In this document: positions 42,334 to 56,488 of the stretch, piece by piece
Numbering within the stretch: the first letter of the stretch is position 1
Layout of the letters: every line of letters begins with the position of its first letter
The notes under the pieces: generated by a model
The model's database searches: none
What the model saw: only the letters and a program-made list of their open reading frames with translations
Told to the model about the DNA's origin: nothing
Program-made: the position numbers and the translations under genes
Source: Octopus vulgaris
Lineage: Eukaryota
Assembly: GCA_951406725.2 (NCBI GenBank)
Contig: OX597817.1
Coordinates: forward strand, 117,552,001 to 117,616,000
DNA: 64,000 nt
Reading direction: 5' to 3'

Positions 42334-42445
42334 TTTTGTTCCTCACGACGCTTTCTGTCGAAGGGTGTAGCCTCGAAACATCTAGAATTTTTTCATTCTT
42401 CCCGATCGTCAAACTCATACACCTATTTGTTGCTCTCTCACCTCT
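42334..42445 (+). mobile_element. Penelope-like pLTR fragment with hammerhead-like motif
   Basis: cttt-CTGTCGA-a-gggtgtagcctc-GAAA-catc-tagaa; same family as the 19.7 kb fragment. Confidence 0.55.
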
Positions 42446-42472
42446 CTCTTCTCTAAATTTGAACTATATACA

Positions 42473-42541
<69 letters not shown>

Positions 42542-43852
42542 ATCGACAGACAGACAGCCAGATAGCTAGATACCTAGATAGGTAGATAGATAGATAGATA
42601 AGTATCAGACTTATATACAATTTAAGTAGTTAGGTCAATCTGTTCTACAGAACTGGGATTCTCCAAGGCTTGCCTCAGCAGGGCATTGAAATGACTGAAA
42701 CAATACGTAAATGATAAATGGTAGTAATTACATACACGTCATATGGAACATGTTGTGTTAGTACAGAACACATTTTTGTACATTTAAATTTCTAACACTT
42801 GCAAAAGTCAAACATCGCAGAATGAAGTGATATATTAAATTGAAAGTGGGCCTGATGCATGACTGGTGTATATTTCATAGGATGCACGAATAACAAGATC
42901 AAAACTGATCTCTCAGCATTTGTACTGCGAATATGTCAGTTATATTGATTCTTAACGTATATTAAATTATTAAATTATAGTAACTGAAGCGGTACTGGTT
43001 CAAAATAAGTTTCTGCATATCTTGCTTAACGTGGATACACTGTAGAAATTCCCGAAACTGTGATATTTGTTTCAGGAAAGCATCCCGTATAGAAGTATAG
43101 TACTAAAATACACAGATGTATACCAGTAGCAGACAAATGTGTCAAGCAGCGGCGGTAGAATAGCAAATTTCTGTGTATATGTGTGTTATCAGTAGCAACT
43201 ATCCTCTCAATTATAAATAATTAGCATTTGTTAAAGTTTGACAAATTTTAGTTCTAGTTTGATTTTAATTCAAATGTTAAAACTCTCCTCAAATATGTTT
43301 GAATCTTATAATCAAATATCTATTTCGCAATGATTTCATCACAATCTTCCCGATATGATCACTTCTAATTACCAACTACGCGCTCTCTAAATTAGTGACA
43401 AACCTGTATTGACAGAGTTGTTTAATAATCAGAAAATCTTCAAATACTTAATTCAAATATCTAACATTTCCAATGGCTTTTTAAAGAATTTAATATAAAA
43501 ACTAGCATATGAAATGCATTAGTTTAATTTAGTCCTAAAAATTATCCCTAAAACGTGTGAAATTTAGAAACTAACGTTTCCTTTAATTTTTTACCTACTT
43601 CAATATAATCTGCTTATATTTTGCAAAGCTGAGATTTTCCTTATGGATATTGTTGGCGGTAAAATCCGTCTACGAGATAAGTTTTACGCACTAAACGTAT
43701 GCGCACAATGCAAATGCAATGTCTCAGGAATCTAGCTTGCGAAGATAATGCACTGGGGTCCATGACTACACTTATCCTCCAAGAAATTGCTGGCCTTGTG
43801 CCGAAATTTTTTAAACCATTATTATTGTTGTTGTTGCTATTGTGCTTATTTA

Positions 43853-44630
43853 GGTGTCAAGCTGCCAGAATCGTCTGTATACCAGGCAAAATGCTTAACG
43901 GCATTTCATCCAACTTCACGATCTAAGTTCCAATTCCCCCACGGTCAACTTTACGTCTCATTCTTTCGGGTCGATAAAATAAGTACCAGTTGAACACTGG
44001 GGTCGATGTAATTGACTCATCCGTATGTACACCAAACTGCCCTTTGAAATAGTTATTATAGAAGGCGGCGAGCTGGCAGAAGCGTTAGCACGCCGGGCGA
44101 AATGCTTTGCGGTATTTCGTCTGCCGTTACGTTGTGAGTTCAAATTCCGCCGAGGTCGACTTTGCCTTTCATCCTTTCGGGGTCGATAAATTAAGTACCA
44201 GTTACGCACTGGGGTCGATGTAATCGACTTAATACCTATGTCTGTCCTTGTTTGTCCCCTCTATGTTTAGCCCCTTGTGGGTAATAAAGAAATAGGTATT
44301 TCGCCCGTCGCTACGTTCAGATTTCAAATTGCACCGAGGTCGACTTTGCCTTTCATCGTGTCGGGTTGATAAAGTAAGTACCAGTTGAACACTGGGGTCC
44401 ATATAATCGACTAGTCTCCTCCTCAAAATTTCAGACCTTGTGCCCTTAGTAAAAAGGATTATCATTTTTGTTAAGGAGGTGAGCTGGCAGAATTGCCGAG
44501 GTCGACTTTAACTTTCATCTTTTCGGATGTCGATAAATTAATTACCAGTTACGTACTGGAGTCGATATATTCGACTGGCCCACTTCCCCCAAAATTTAAG
44601 GCCTTGTGCCTATAGTAGAAAGGATTATTA
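43853..44630 (+). mobile_element. Cluster of SINE family 2 copies including a dimer (44063-44460)
   Basis: Four cores ctttcat...gtcgataaa...taccag. The dimer junction has the same linker as the 25 kb array. Confidence 0.88.
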
Positions 44631-46054
44631 TTGTTTTTGTTATCGACACGCAAAGAGAATTAAATCCCGTAATTTTGTTGTTATTTACTTTGTGCAACAA
44701 ACTAATATGTTGTACATTTGTGATCGTTATAGAGATAAACTAATGAGAACGTTAGGGAACTGGTTTCATTTTCTCCATCGGTTGCTCTTGGGGGCTAAAT
44801 TATGGCTTGTTTAGTAAATGCCCCTCATTTTTGTTTAAAATAGGTAGATGACGAACAATAATATCTTGATAATTTCTTGAGAATTTGTAATGACTCCCTG
44901 GAAGTCACCTCGCCAACCATCACCAAAATATGTAGCAGACATATGCGATGCACTTGTTTATCCAGCTGGTCTAAATAATTCGTTCTGTTCCAAAATAAAA
45001 TACTGGAATATTGCGGTCTCTGCTATGTTTGGCTTCTTTTTATAAGGAAACGCCTGTACCTTGATGGAGGATAAAACATATTTCGTTCATAACTTTCATG
45101 AAGCTGTATTAGTAAATATAGGGGCAATGATATAAACTCAAGTGAATATTGAAACGTCTTCGTTTTATCACTATTTCTTCAGTTTTCACGTCGATCTATA
45201 CCCTTTACCACATTGTTATATAAATTACCAAACCGTAATAAAACTGATACCCGTTAGAGAAAATGAAAATTTAAGGTTGCTTTCTACTTCTGAATGCGCT
45301 TGTCTACAGAACTGTTACTTCATCAGTTGGCCATTTCATTGGGTTTTATGATTAATGGATTTGGCAAATAATGTAAAACATATAATAGTACCTCTGATAG
45401 ACTGGAAGAATTCTGTCAAAGAATTTAAAAAGAAAATTGCAAGGAAAACGCTATCTACAGTTCATTTAGCATCTGAAGAATTAAAGTAATCAACTATTAT
45501 TAGCTATAAATTCATTGCAAGACTTGATGCCGTTATATTACAAGAATTGTCTTGACATGTATAAGTTGAAGATATAAATCATATATTCCTTTACTGGAGT
45601 GGTTTACCCTCTGTATTTTATTCTGCGAACATCATAATCGTCAATCAAGTGTAAGACAGAGAAAGAAAGAAAAATAAATAGTACAAAAGATAACACGAAA
45701 TATATCTCCCTTAAACGATTTTATTTCTTTATGAAATATACAATCGCTTTACATCAATTCTTCGGACATAAAGCATAGTAATATGTGTGCTGTGTGTTCC
45801 GGAGTAAAAGAACATAAATAGATAGATTATTGATAGAAAATATCCGGTATACTCGTATAACTTGACATAGCTTACAATAAAAACTGGATTCAAGAGGACT
45901 TTAGATAACATTTCCTCGTAAATCTAATGTTCATTGAAAGAATTGAAGCAATGTAAATTCGTCACACACAATCCAAACCATATTGGCAAGGGTTAAGAAA
46001 AACAATTGATTTCGGAATATGGATGAATAATTTTCTTCCATAAATATTACTTAC

Positions 46055-46164
46055 TTTGACAACAGCAACTTTTATCAAGCTTCGACTTCGAACATATCCA
46101 TCTACCGAACATGTGCCATGCTGTGTCAATGTAATAATCCGAACTGTCACTCTTAACCGAAATG
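46055..46164 (-). other. Candidate 110-nt internal exon
   Basis: Long polypyrimidine tract plus ccatag acceptor and an aaa|gtaagt donor. Two frames are open, but no product is recognised. Confidence 0.4.
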
Positions 46165-46202
46165 CTATGGAATTCAGATGAGGATAAAGAAACAATGAAT
46201 AT

Positions 46203-46247
<45 letters not shown>

Positions 46248-46533
46248 AGCGAGGGAGATATTACAATGCTGTTGTGTCATATCAATTATTTTGACATATT
46301 ATTTAGATTTCACTCAACGTACCTTTAGTATTTCAAGCTTCTCATCAACTAACTCAAATTTTATCTACAAATATTTAAACGGAACAACGTCTCCATATTG
46401 TGGAGAGGAAGTTTTTAATCAGTTAGAAATATCTTTAAGGAACTAATAACAAAAAATAGTTTTGATATTATTGATTCATACTGAGATAATGATAATAATA
46501 ATAATAATAATATCAACAACAGCAACATCAATC

Positions 46534-46605
<72 letters not shown>

Positions 46606-46824
46606 GTAGTAATAATGATACGGAATAATAGCACCAGCCTTGACAGCGGCCGGACGTGTTCTTCGCTGCTCTAACAATAATACAACCCAGCAGGACAATT
46701 GAAAAGTAACCCACAAACACCGGAATATCTACAATTTCCTGTGAGTATTTTAAATTTCCCTCAAAATAAGGTAAGAAACTTACATATCTACAGTTTTCGA
46801 ACACACAAACGATCAGCTTTAAGA

Positions 46825-47222
46825 AACTTTAGTATCTACAACTTCTGTGAATAGCTATCCTTTCCTTTCTCCCTCAGTATTCGAAAATGTAAACATCCTT
46901 TTTATTCTAAGAATACTACACTTTTCTCTGTGCGGACATACAAAAGACCATATTTAGTAAATCTTAAAACTTTAATATCTACAACTTTCTGTGAAAATTT
47001 TAATCTACTTTTTTCTTTTCTTTCCCTTCTTCCTGAATATTCAAAAATGTAAACATACTTTTTATTGCAAAAACACGACTGTCTTCGCTAATTGGACATG
47101 CAAAAGAACATCTCTAGATAACTTCAAAACTTTAATATCTACAATTTTCTGTGAAAAATTTTATCTTTTATCTTTCTTTTCTCCCTAACTACCCGAATAT
47201 GTAAACATACCTTTTATTGCAG
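46825..47222 (+). repeat. Degenerate tandem repeat, ~2.5 units of ~145-160 bp
   Basis: aacttta[ag]tatctacaa..tctgtgaa...atgtaaacat.c.ttttatt recurs at ~46825, 46969 and 47128. Confidence 0.75.
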
Positions 47223-47385
47223 CTGCAAAATTGAATGTACGATAAGGTTTTTAAAATATTAAGTAGGTAAGCACCTGCAAATATATACAAACTGCACAAT
47301 TACAACAACTGTAAACCACAGCAAACCTTATAAAAATAAAAGAAACAAAAAATCTAGAAATTCAAAAATTCAACGATGAGAACAT

Positions 47386-47463
<78 letters not shown>

Positions 47464-47479
47464 ATATGTATGTATGTAC

Positions 47480-47510
<31 letters not shown>

Positions 47511-47865
47511 TGCATGTATGTATGTATGAATTATTTTTTTCTATTAGTAATTAAAAATACAAGGGGAATTCCTTCTTTTCAAGGCGAAGTTCAGCGTTCT
47601 CATTGATCGCTGGTAGTAGTAAACACATTTGACTTTTGCAGACCCAAAAGGTGTGAGACCTCTTTTGTCTTCTTATCGCACAGGAATGTCTATTGCTGAC
47701 CTCGTCACCATCTGCCGAATCTATTTTATAGACCTGTAGAATTTGGCCTATTCACCTCCAACTATTCCGTTCAACACTCACATATTTATGATTATCTCAA
47801 GTGCAATTCAAAAGTTGTAACTAAACAATGTTTAATAACACCTTTTAATAATAAATGGAAATAGC

Positions 47866-47933
<68 letters not shown>

Positions 47934-48239
47934 CAGTAATGATGGTGATGATGATAATAACAACAACAACAACAACAACAACAATAATAAATGTTAAATG
48001 CAAACGTAAACAGTCTGTATTTGAAAAGAAAGAATAGTGATGAAGATCTGCTGCAATATCCCGAGACTCATATTATTATTGATAATTTTAAATGCTATAG
48101 GTAGAACGATGGTGTTAACAATAACCACAGTGGTTATGGAGGCGGCACAATGCATGCATGTTCTTTATATATATGCGTATGAACATGCATGTGCACGTTT
48201 TTATACAAATAAAGAGAGGAAGAGAGAGATATGGGATCT

Positions 48240-49915
48240 CAATAACATCTCTCGTGGGAACCCCACGAACGACTCATGAATTCATGTTGCAACACAACAA
48301 GAAAAGACTTAACGGCGAGAATGAAGCTTTAGCCGATCATTGTGAAGGTTTCCCGCCCGGCACGTCCGAAACCGCCCGCATCATGGCAGTGACCTGGCCT
48401 CGGACGATCGTTATGTCACAAGAGATCACATACATGGTGTGCGCAAAAACAGACATAAGTAGACGAAGGAAGAATGCGATACACTTATTCAATGTCATGA
48501 AAGAGCAAAGCTGGAAAGAAGATGTGGAGTAGGCCGATGGACATTGAAATTTTGGATGGAAAAGGATATGTGTCCTATGTCAGAAAATAACCTAATGAAC
48601 CAGGTGAGAGTAATTAGGAGGAAGGGTTACTTAACTGGAGTAGATACATATCGGATTAGTGAGGGTCTGAGAGAACCTGCTACAAAGGATGGTCGGAGTT
48701 GAAAACAGAGGTGGAGGAGTTGAGAGCAGGGAGATGAGTAGACAGGAAGAAGAGGGTAAAGGTGCTGTTAAGGATGAGGAAAAATAAATTGTATTCAAGT
48801 AATGTATTCCTTGGAGAAGTTAATATTAAAAGGGGAATCTTCCAAGGTGATTCGTTTTCTCCACTACTTTTGTAATTGCACTAATACCCATAACAATGAC
48901 ACTTAGGAAAGTTAAGATGGGTTACCGGAGTGTGAAGAAAGGACCATCATTGAACCATCTTCCGTTTATACATGACCACAAACTGTTTGGGAAATCTGAA
49001 TAACAGATAGATTCCTTCAAGAAAACAGTTCGAGAAGTTTGGTAGGGACATCGGTATGGAATTTAGGATTAACAAAGGCTCAGTACTTAATATGAAAAGA
49101 CAGAAGAAAGCAGTCTGCAGAGGATTGGTGAATCCGACGGTACTGGGTATAGATATTTAGGGATTTATGAGCTGGATGACATTCTACATAGACAAATGAA
49201 AGTCAATATCAGCGAGACGTATCAAGAAAGGGTGAAGATGGTGTTGAAATCCAATCTGAATGCCAAAAGTCTGATTACCGCAATTAATATCTGGGCAGTT
49301 GCAGTGGTCATATGTAGTGCGTCCATACTTAAATGAACTAAGGAGGAATATCAACACTGGATAGAATGAGGAGGAAGTTGATGACTATGCAAGAGGCGCT
49401 ACACCCTAAATCAAACGTAAACAAACTGTATATGAAATGAAAGAATGGTGATAGAGGACTAATTAGTATAGACAATTGTATACAGAGTGAAAGGAGAATG
49501 CTAGCTGAGTATTTGATAAATTGCGATGAAGACCTGCTGCAATATGCCGCAAAACATTTGGGTGTAAATGCAGATGAAATGATGGGGCACGGCAAACTTT
49601 AGCGAAAGAGCTGATAAGAGAAATGAAAACCTTCTTGAAATGAGAATGCATGGACAGTACAACGAGTTGAAAGTGAAAATGGCAAGACTCTATCTAATGC
49701 GAGTGGGTATTGTAAAAGCGATTCCCCTGGTGATCGAAGCGTTGGGCTCAATCCCATTAAAACTCCAAAATTTCTTTAGGCAATTGGAAAACCCATGCAA
49801 GATTGATGTCTTGCAAAAAGTAGCCTTATTGGTCACAGCGCATATCTCAAGGAAAGTATTATCTTTCTGAGGTCCTTGTTGCGATCTGACAGATGACTAA
49901 AGTTTCCGGTGCATT
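48240..49915 (+). mobile_element. Internally deleted R4/Dong-type LINE
   Basis: RT remnants IKRGIFQGDSFSPLL, LNHLPFIHD, YRYLG, AINIWAVAV, LHPKSNVNKLY and RGLISI, then the RLE C-terminus LQKVALLVTAHISRKVLSF* (49870). The 5' boundary is approximate. Confidence 0.85.
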
Positions 49916-49924
49916 CTTACCTAC

Positions 49925-50420
49925 ACTGTATTACGACCACAATCCCGAAAGCGTCATCGAAAATGAAATTGCAAAGATCCTGAGGGAGTTTATGATTCAG
50001 TGCGATCATGAGATAGAGAATAAGAAGCCAGACGTAGTCTTAATTGAGAAAGAAAACAAACTATGCTGGATCAATGATATAGCATGCTTAGCTGATAACA
50101 AACTATGCGATAAGGAAGACAGGAAAATCGAGTGAGTTGACAGGTTAGCTTACGAAGTTAAGCAGTTGAGGTCGATTAAAAAGGTAGTAGTAGTACCAAT
50201 AATTGTCGGAGCCCTGGGAACTGAAAGCAAAAATCTCCAGAAGTACATGGAACAAATAGTGGCTGCAATAAGGGTGGAGCACTTGCAGAAAACAGCACTA
50301 CTTGGAACCACTCGAATACTCCGGAAGGTGCCCGAAAAATAAGAGGTGTTACGTTAGTTTACTGGCAGTGAACAGCTGACACCGTAGTAATCTTCAGAGT
50401 TAGAAGCTGTTCAAAGGTTA
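49925..50420 (+). mobile_element. Second R4/Dong-type 3' fragment (RLE domain)
   Basis: YDHNPESVIEN...KKPDVVLIEK...INDIAC...VVPIIVGALG...LQKTALLGTTRILRKV (PD-D/ExK nuclease). Ends at (TGA)/(TAA)n. Confidence 0.88.
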
Positions 50421-50422
50421 TA

Positions 50423-50460
<38 letters not shown>

Positions 50461-50469
50461 AATAATAAT

Positions 50470-51035
50470 AATCCTTTCAAATATAGGAACAAGACCTGAC
50501 ATTTTTTTGGGGGGAGACAGTCGATAACATCGACCCCAGTGTTTCACTGGTACTTAATTTATTAACCCCGAAAGAATGAAAGGCAAAGTCGACCTCGGCG
50601 GAATTTGAACTCAAAATCTTGCCGAAATACCTATTTCTTTACTACCCACAAGGGGTTAAGCACAGAGGGGACGAACAAGGACAGACAAACGGATTAAGTC
50701 GATTATATCGACCCTAGTGTGTAACTGGTACTTATTTAATCGACCCCGAAAGGATGAAAGGCAGAGTTGACCTCGGCGGAATTTGAACTCAGAACGTAGT
50801 GGCAGACGAAATACCGCTAAGCATTTCGCCCGGCATACTAACGTTTCTGCCAGCTCACCACCTTGAATAATAATACTGGTTTAGGATTTTGGCACAAGGC
50901 CAGAAATTTCAGGAGAGGGTGTAAGTCAATTACATCGACCCCAGTACTCAACTGGTACTTATTTTATTGACCCGAAATGATGAAAAGCAAGTTTGACCTC
51001 GGTGGAATTTGAACTGAGAATGTAAAGACGGACGA
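50470..51035 (-). mobile_element. SINE family 2 dimer (50470-50865) plus monomer
   Basis: Reverse complement of the 44063-44460 type structure. Confidence 0.88.
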
Positions 51036-51039
51036 AGTT

Positions 51040-53780
51040 TGTCATGGATAGCTCAGTTTGAGATAGAACATGTCTGCGAGTCACCGATCAGTCTATCAAA
51101 GATGAGCACCAAGACTTGGCTTATATCTTGGCCAAAATCCTGTAACATATGTTAAGCAGAGTTACGGGCAAAATCAGACCCCGTGCAATTTAACCGGACA
51201 CTCAGTCCAGCGTCCCACAGCATTATCGGAGGGTTGGACCTCCCACTCAAGTGCCGATCTGCAGACCCACTTACTTTTCCTGGTTAATTTATGCTTCTGT
51301 CCTCACCTCGAATTATTTAAAGCAGCGCCGACCAGGTTTATGTGCTTGGTGTTCGGCATTCTGATGCTGACATCATCTGCGTATGTCGACACTGTTCTTC
51401 CACATTCTAGTTTCCACAGTAGTGGCTCTAGAGCTGGTATATACAGAAGATATGAGAGCGGACATACCTGACAGACCGGACACGTGATGTTGAATGATTC
51501 CGATAGGTAATCATTCATCCGAATACCGAGTAGATATCGCTATGCAATGCGGTGAACCAGTCACAGGAAGAGAGAGCGAAACCGACTGCCGTGAGAACGG
51601 CCGCCAATATCGAAGGCCTTCGGTCGATCCAAATCGATCAGGGCCCTATCCATGAAGTTTCTTTGCTCACCCAATCTGTGATGTATTGTATGTCATGGAA
51701 ATTTTTGTGGATGCATCTGCTTGGGACGCCGCCTCTTTCTGCATCACCCATCAATTCCTCGACGATAAGTTCCAACCTCTTTGCTAACAATTTGGCCCAA
51801 ATTTTGAAATCCGAGTCCAGCAACGTTATAAGCCTAAAATTTCCTATTTTATCTCCATTGTTTGGCACCTTTCTCAGCAGTGTCACCGCTCATCGACTCA
51901 CAGAAGTAGTTATTTTCCCGTTCTGTTTCCAGTTTCGTGCATCCAAGATGGTCATCCGGTCCTCCATTAGCACTAAACATCGAGACGCCTCCAAAGAGAC
52001 CTACAGACGTCTGAAGAAATCCGGTTGTCTTGCCCCAGTGGGAACATAAACAGCCACCAGTCTGAACGCGGCCGTGCCGCATCTGCTCATATCCAGGACC
52101 AGAGACTTACTTTCTGAGTTCCTGAAAATGGTCTTTGTCTTGAGATCCAGAATTCTGGGGAACAACACTGCAGTTCCACCTCTCCTCCGTTCTCGGTTGG
52201 CTAGGAGATAAGTAAATATAATATCTACTGAAATTTGATCGCTTGGAGAGTCTGGTTTAACTGATAGTCACTAAATCTAAACTTACTGACCTTAGGTCAT
52301 TGAGTAGCTAACCCCGTTCTCACCGCATCCTCAGGTCACGCATATTTATCCTGCCTATTCTGAGCAAGGCCAAGGTCATGTTTGTCAGGGAGAAGGAGGA
52401 TGAAGAGAATCCCTTATTCTATTTCTGTGATGATTTGTCCTGGTTATTTGTGGATGTCTCCGCAAACATTTCTTTGTAGAGCATTTTATTTATGGCTCCA
52501 CGGAAATTTCTGACTTCTTTAGGATATTTTGCTTTCAGTTAGTTTTTAGATGAATACCTCTGTTACGCGGGGATGTCGCGTATTCATTTAGAATAATATT
52601 TGTGTATTTTTGAGTATGCTTTCTTAAGTTTATTTTTGTTTGTGTCTATGATGCCTCGAGATGCCTATTAGAGATGCCTCGAGATTGATGTTTATGATGT
52701 TGATCTGGACCGTTGTGTGATTTCGTTTGTTGAGGTGTTTGTAATGGTGGTGCTTGTAGTGTTGATGTTTGCAATTTCTTTGGTTTAGGGTAGGTGGGTA
52801 TGTAATGTTTTATTAGCTTCGATGCCTCCTCCTCTAATCTCTTTGGTTTAGTCTTGTATCACGCTTTTCATTTTGTAATTGTTTTTCCTTTTTCCTTTTA
52901 ACAGAATCCTTTCTGGTGGGTTTCCAAGACTATTTCTCTCGTTAGACGAGTATTCACAGGAAAATCTGTTTCAACGGGGAGGAGTATGTCTTCACAGTCA
53001 AACATTTCTAAGCTGGTGGTCTGGTGGGTCTGTGACGTCTCGCATACAATGGTGTAGGTATTGTTGTAGCTTTTCCCGGGTGAGTTTCCGATGCTTGCTG
53101 ATGATGTTGCTAAATGGATTTCTCCTGCTGCTATATCATTCATACTATTTTTTTGGTTTTGAAATCTACTGTTCTTGGTACTGATGCTGTTGGTGTTGTT
53201 CATGTTGCTCTTGCTGTTGTTTTGTTGCTGCTCTGTTGTGTCTGAGTTATCTGCAACATCGGTTCTTTTTTCTTTGCTTGACATGGGGTAAGTGGGTTGT
53301 TTCGTCTCAAATCTGGCATTTAAGCTTTCTGCGCTCAATCGCTATAGATAACTGATTTCCATTAGGCAGGTCGATCAGTTAAGGGTGGTTTCGAGACTAC
53401 TCAGATCGGAGTGCAACCACAAGCCCATGCCCGTGCCTGAACAATCCTCCTTTGCAATTTTGTGGACTTGCAGAATTTTTTTCCACTCGATGTCGTATAA
53501 TAGGGCTGCTACCAGCAATGTGATGTGCGTTTCTGTTGGCACATCTGCTAGATTTATTTTGAAGACCCTCCAACGGAAGTGTGTCGGAATTAGGCACATT
53601 TCCTCATTTTTGAGGGTTGTTATGGCATTTTCTGTGGTTAATGCTTTAGTTGATAATATTATTTCAGCTCTGCGAAAGCGTCTTCTACGAGTGACGTAAG
53701 CTTTTAAACCTCAGACCGGCATTTTTTTATCTGGGCCTGCGTCACTCTAGGCTCCTCGTCTTCAAAGATATACACTTATA
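51040..53780 (-). mobile_element. Degenerate Tx1/L1-clade LINE (ORF1 remnant, APE start, RT)
   Basis: NFRLITLLDSDFKIWAKLLAKRL, KAFD, VCQVCPLSYLLYIPALEPLL, YADD and INQEK. An APE N-terminus-like RIGRIN lies near 52350. The upstream low-complexity ORF remnants are assigned to ORF1 by position only. Confidence 0.8.
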
Positions 53781-55775
53781 TATAATGTTTTTTTTAAATG
53801 TCTTCTTGCACTTTCGCCGGTGTATTAAGGAAGTTTCTCCTGCCATTCTTTGTTAATTATAGCTTAGCAGCGTGTCTCAAAATCTTTTGGCAACTCGAAT
53901 TTTCCCATTCCCCTACAAGCTTGTGTGAAACCGTTCCCATACTGCTTAGAACAACGAACAGCCACTGTTGTCGTTTTATCACTGTTTGTGGTAATGGTGG
54001 TGTTGGTTTTTTGTACGGTGGTCATGGTATTGGTGGTGCTGTTGGGAACGGTGGTGCAGGTTGTGCTTGTGTCAATTTTAAATATATCTTGCTCGTCGTT
54101 ACTGCTACTTACGTCACTGTTGTTGTAGTGAAAAATTATTGGGACATAGTTAAGTAATACTCATTAAAACTTATTTTACTTGCCACACGTAAATGATGTA
54201 TCACAAATGCGTATAATATTGAACATTCTCACAACACGTGTAAATTCAATGATCGGAGTACGGTTCATATCAATATTAGACTGCTCTCTCTCTCTTGAAA
54301 TACAAGAGATAGAAAATAATTCCAAGAATATCCTCACTATTTAGCGCAAGAATAAAAAAAAATCGAAATGCAATGAACTTATTGCAAAAACACGAAAAAT
54401 TACGCTACGACCTCACCAACACCAGAAACGAACGAATTGATTCCCTGCAAAAATGAAACTTTTTATAAAGTGTTTCTGTAGTGATTCTGAGCATTCAAAA
54501 TCTCAAGTTGATATTTTCGCGAACGCTTATGAACATTTACTTGACTCATGGCTCATTCTATTACTGTTGTTTGTGCTTGCTTTCTTTTCCGTTACAGCTG
54601 TGGAATATATCTCATAAACAAATCGTTGTATGGTTAGCCTGTGTCATTTGTTATGCCAACACATCGGATTCTAACGATTGGACAACCGACAGTATCTTTC
54701 TTCCCTTCTTCATCTCTAAAATCTTGTATTTTTCTGCGATATGGAAGCGGATCCCTTTTACCGTTGCTGCCTGCTCTCTTTAATGGAATTATAGTTGCTA
54801 TTGCAGATTTTACAGTTACTAATCAACGGGCTTTTAATCACTATTGATTATAATAACATCTAACTTTGACACAATAATTTAGGTTTCAATTATATCAACA
54901 AATTATGACGCACTCAGTGATAACATAGAACGCAAATATTGATTTCTAACGTTGAGTCAAGGCCATAATTTTACGGTGTGTGTGTGGGGGGGGGAGGAAT
55001 TGATTACATCATGCCCTGTAAGGATGAAAGGCAAACTCAACTTCGGTGCGATTTCAACTCAAAATTAAAGAGTCGTAACTACATACCACATTCTCTTCGA
55101 CGCTCTCACTATTCTGTCCACACACAAAGTATTACAATGTATTAATGCTGCAATCTACCATTTGTACCAACGATTGATATATAAGCAACGTCTTAAATAA
55201 TCGATAATACAGGCAGTAGAAAGTTTGAAATGTTGTCTGTGGAATATACACGATTGTATCCATCCATCACAATGATTGGTATGAAAGGTGTTGCGGCCTC
55301 AAGATTAAAATGCGAAGTTGTGTTCTTTCGGATGCGGACGTGAAGTGTGAAGGTATATAACTTTATTGTGCGAGAGATTTAATCCGAAACTATTCCACGT
55401 ATATGAGACCTATTACATTGAATATAAATAAAATACTCGTTATTTCAAGCATAGAAAAATGGTTCAAAATATTACGGGAGCGGTATAGTCATTCGTTTCA
55501 ATCATGATTTATGTCTCGTAGCATATTATTTTCTACATATGAGCGAAAAACAAAGACTATCTGATTGAAATGTCACCTCAGAAATGAAGGAAACTAAATT
55601 GACTTCTGATAGAACATGTAATCAAACATTCTGCGGCTTCTGCGACCGTCCAGTACTGGCATTAATTATAACAATACTCGCTTAGTGGACATAAGGATCC
55701 ATGTATAATAACATACAAATACATTATAGAAAATATATTTAAAAAAAAACATTAATAGAAATCTATCTATCTATC

Positions 55776-55860
<85 letters not shown>

Positions 55861-55970
55861 TTGTTTGTGTATATATACAGAGAGGAAGAGAGAAAGAGTC
55901 AATTCAAATAAACAGACAATTAAAACAGAGAAAGAAAAAAAACGAATGTGAGGAACGGCGAAGAAAAAGA

Positions 55971-56008
55971 GTATTAACGTTTCGAGCATAGCACTTCGTC
56001 AGAAACAG
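55971..56008 (-). ncRNA. Minimal hammerhead motif in a Penelope-like pLTR fragment (~55860-56097)
   Basis: ttt-CTGACGA-a-gtgc-tat-gctc-GAAA-cgtta. The core is intact and aacgtt is palindromic, but stems I and II are partly decayed. Confidence 0.55.
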
Positions 56009-56095
56009 TGAAGTCGAAGAAGAAAGAGGAAAAAATAAGGAAAAATCGCCAACAGTTCACGTGCACTTACATTTCTGATGTGACCGGAAGTGGAA

Positions 56096-56163
<68 letters not shown>

Positions 56164-56411
56164 TAAAGGGGACGAGGCTAAAATTAACACAGTAAATTAA
56201 AGCACTAAAAAAATATATATATACATCCGAAAAATTACAATTCTCTTACATAGATGTTGAAGCATATCATCTAGTTAGGACACTAACATATCATGACTCC
56301 AAACAACATTCCGCTCCGATAACTTTTTAGAAGGTAGGTGCTCTGAAAATGCTTCTGATCAATTTTGAGTTTTCCATTTCAAAAATCATGTTGGGCCGTT
56401 CTTCATTAGAA

Positions 56412-56488
<77 letters not shown>

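Noticed and set aside
54598-54783. Strong plus-strand acceptor followed by an open frame
   Set aside because: Isolated, with no convincing donor or recognisable protein.
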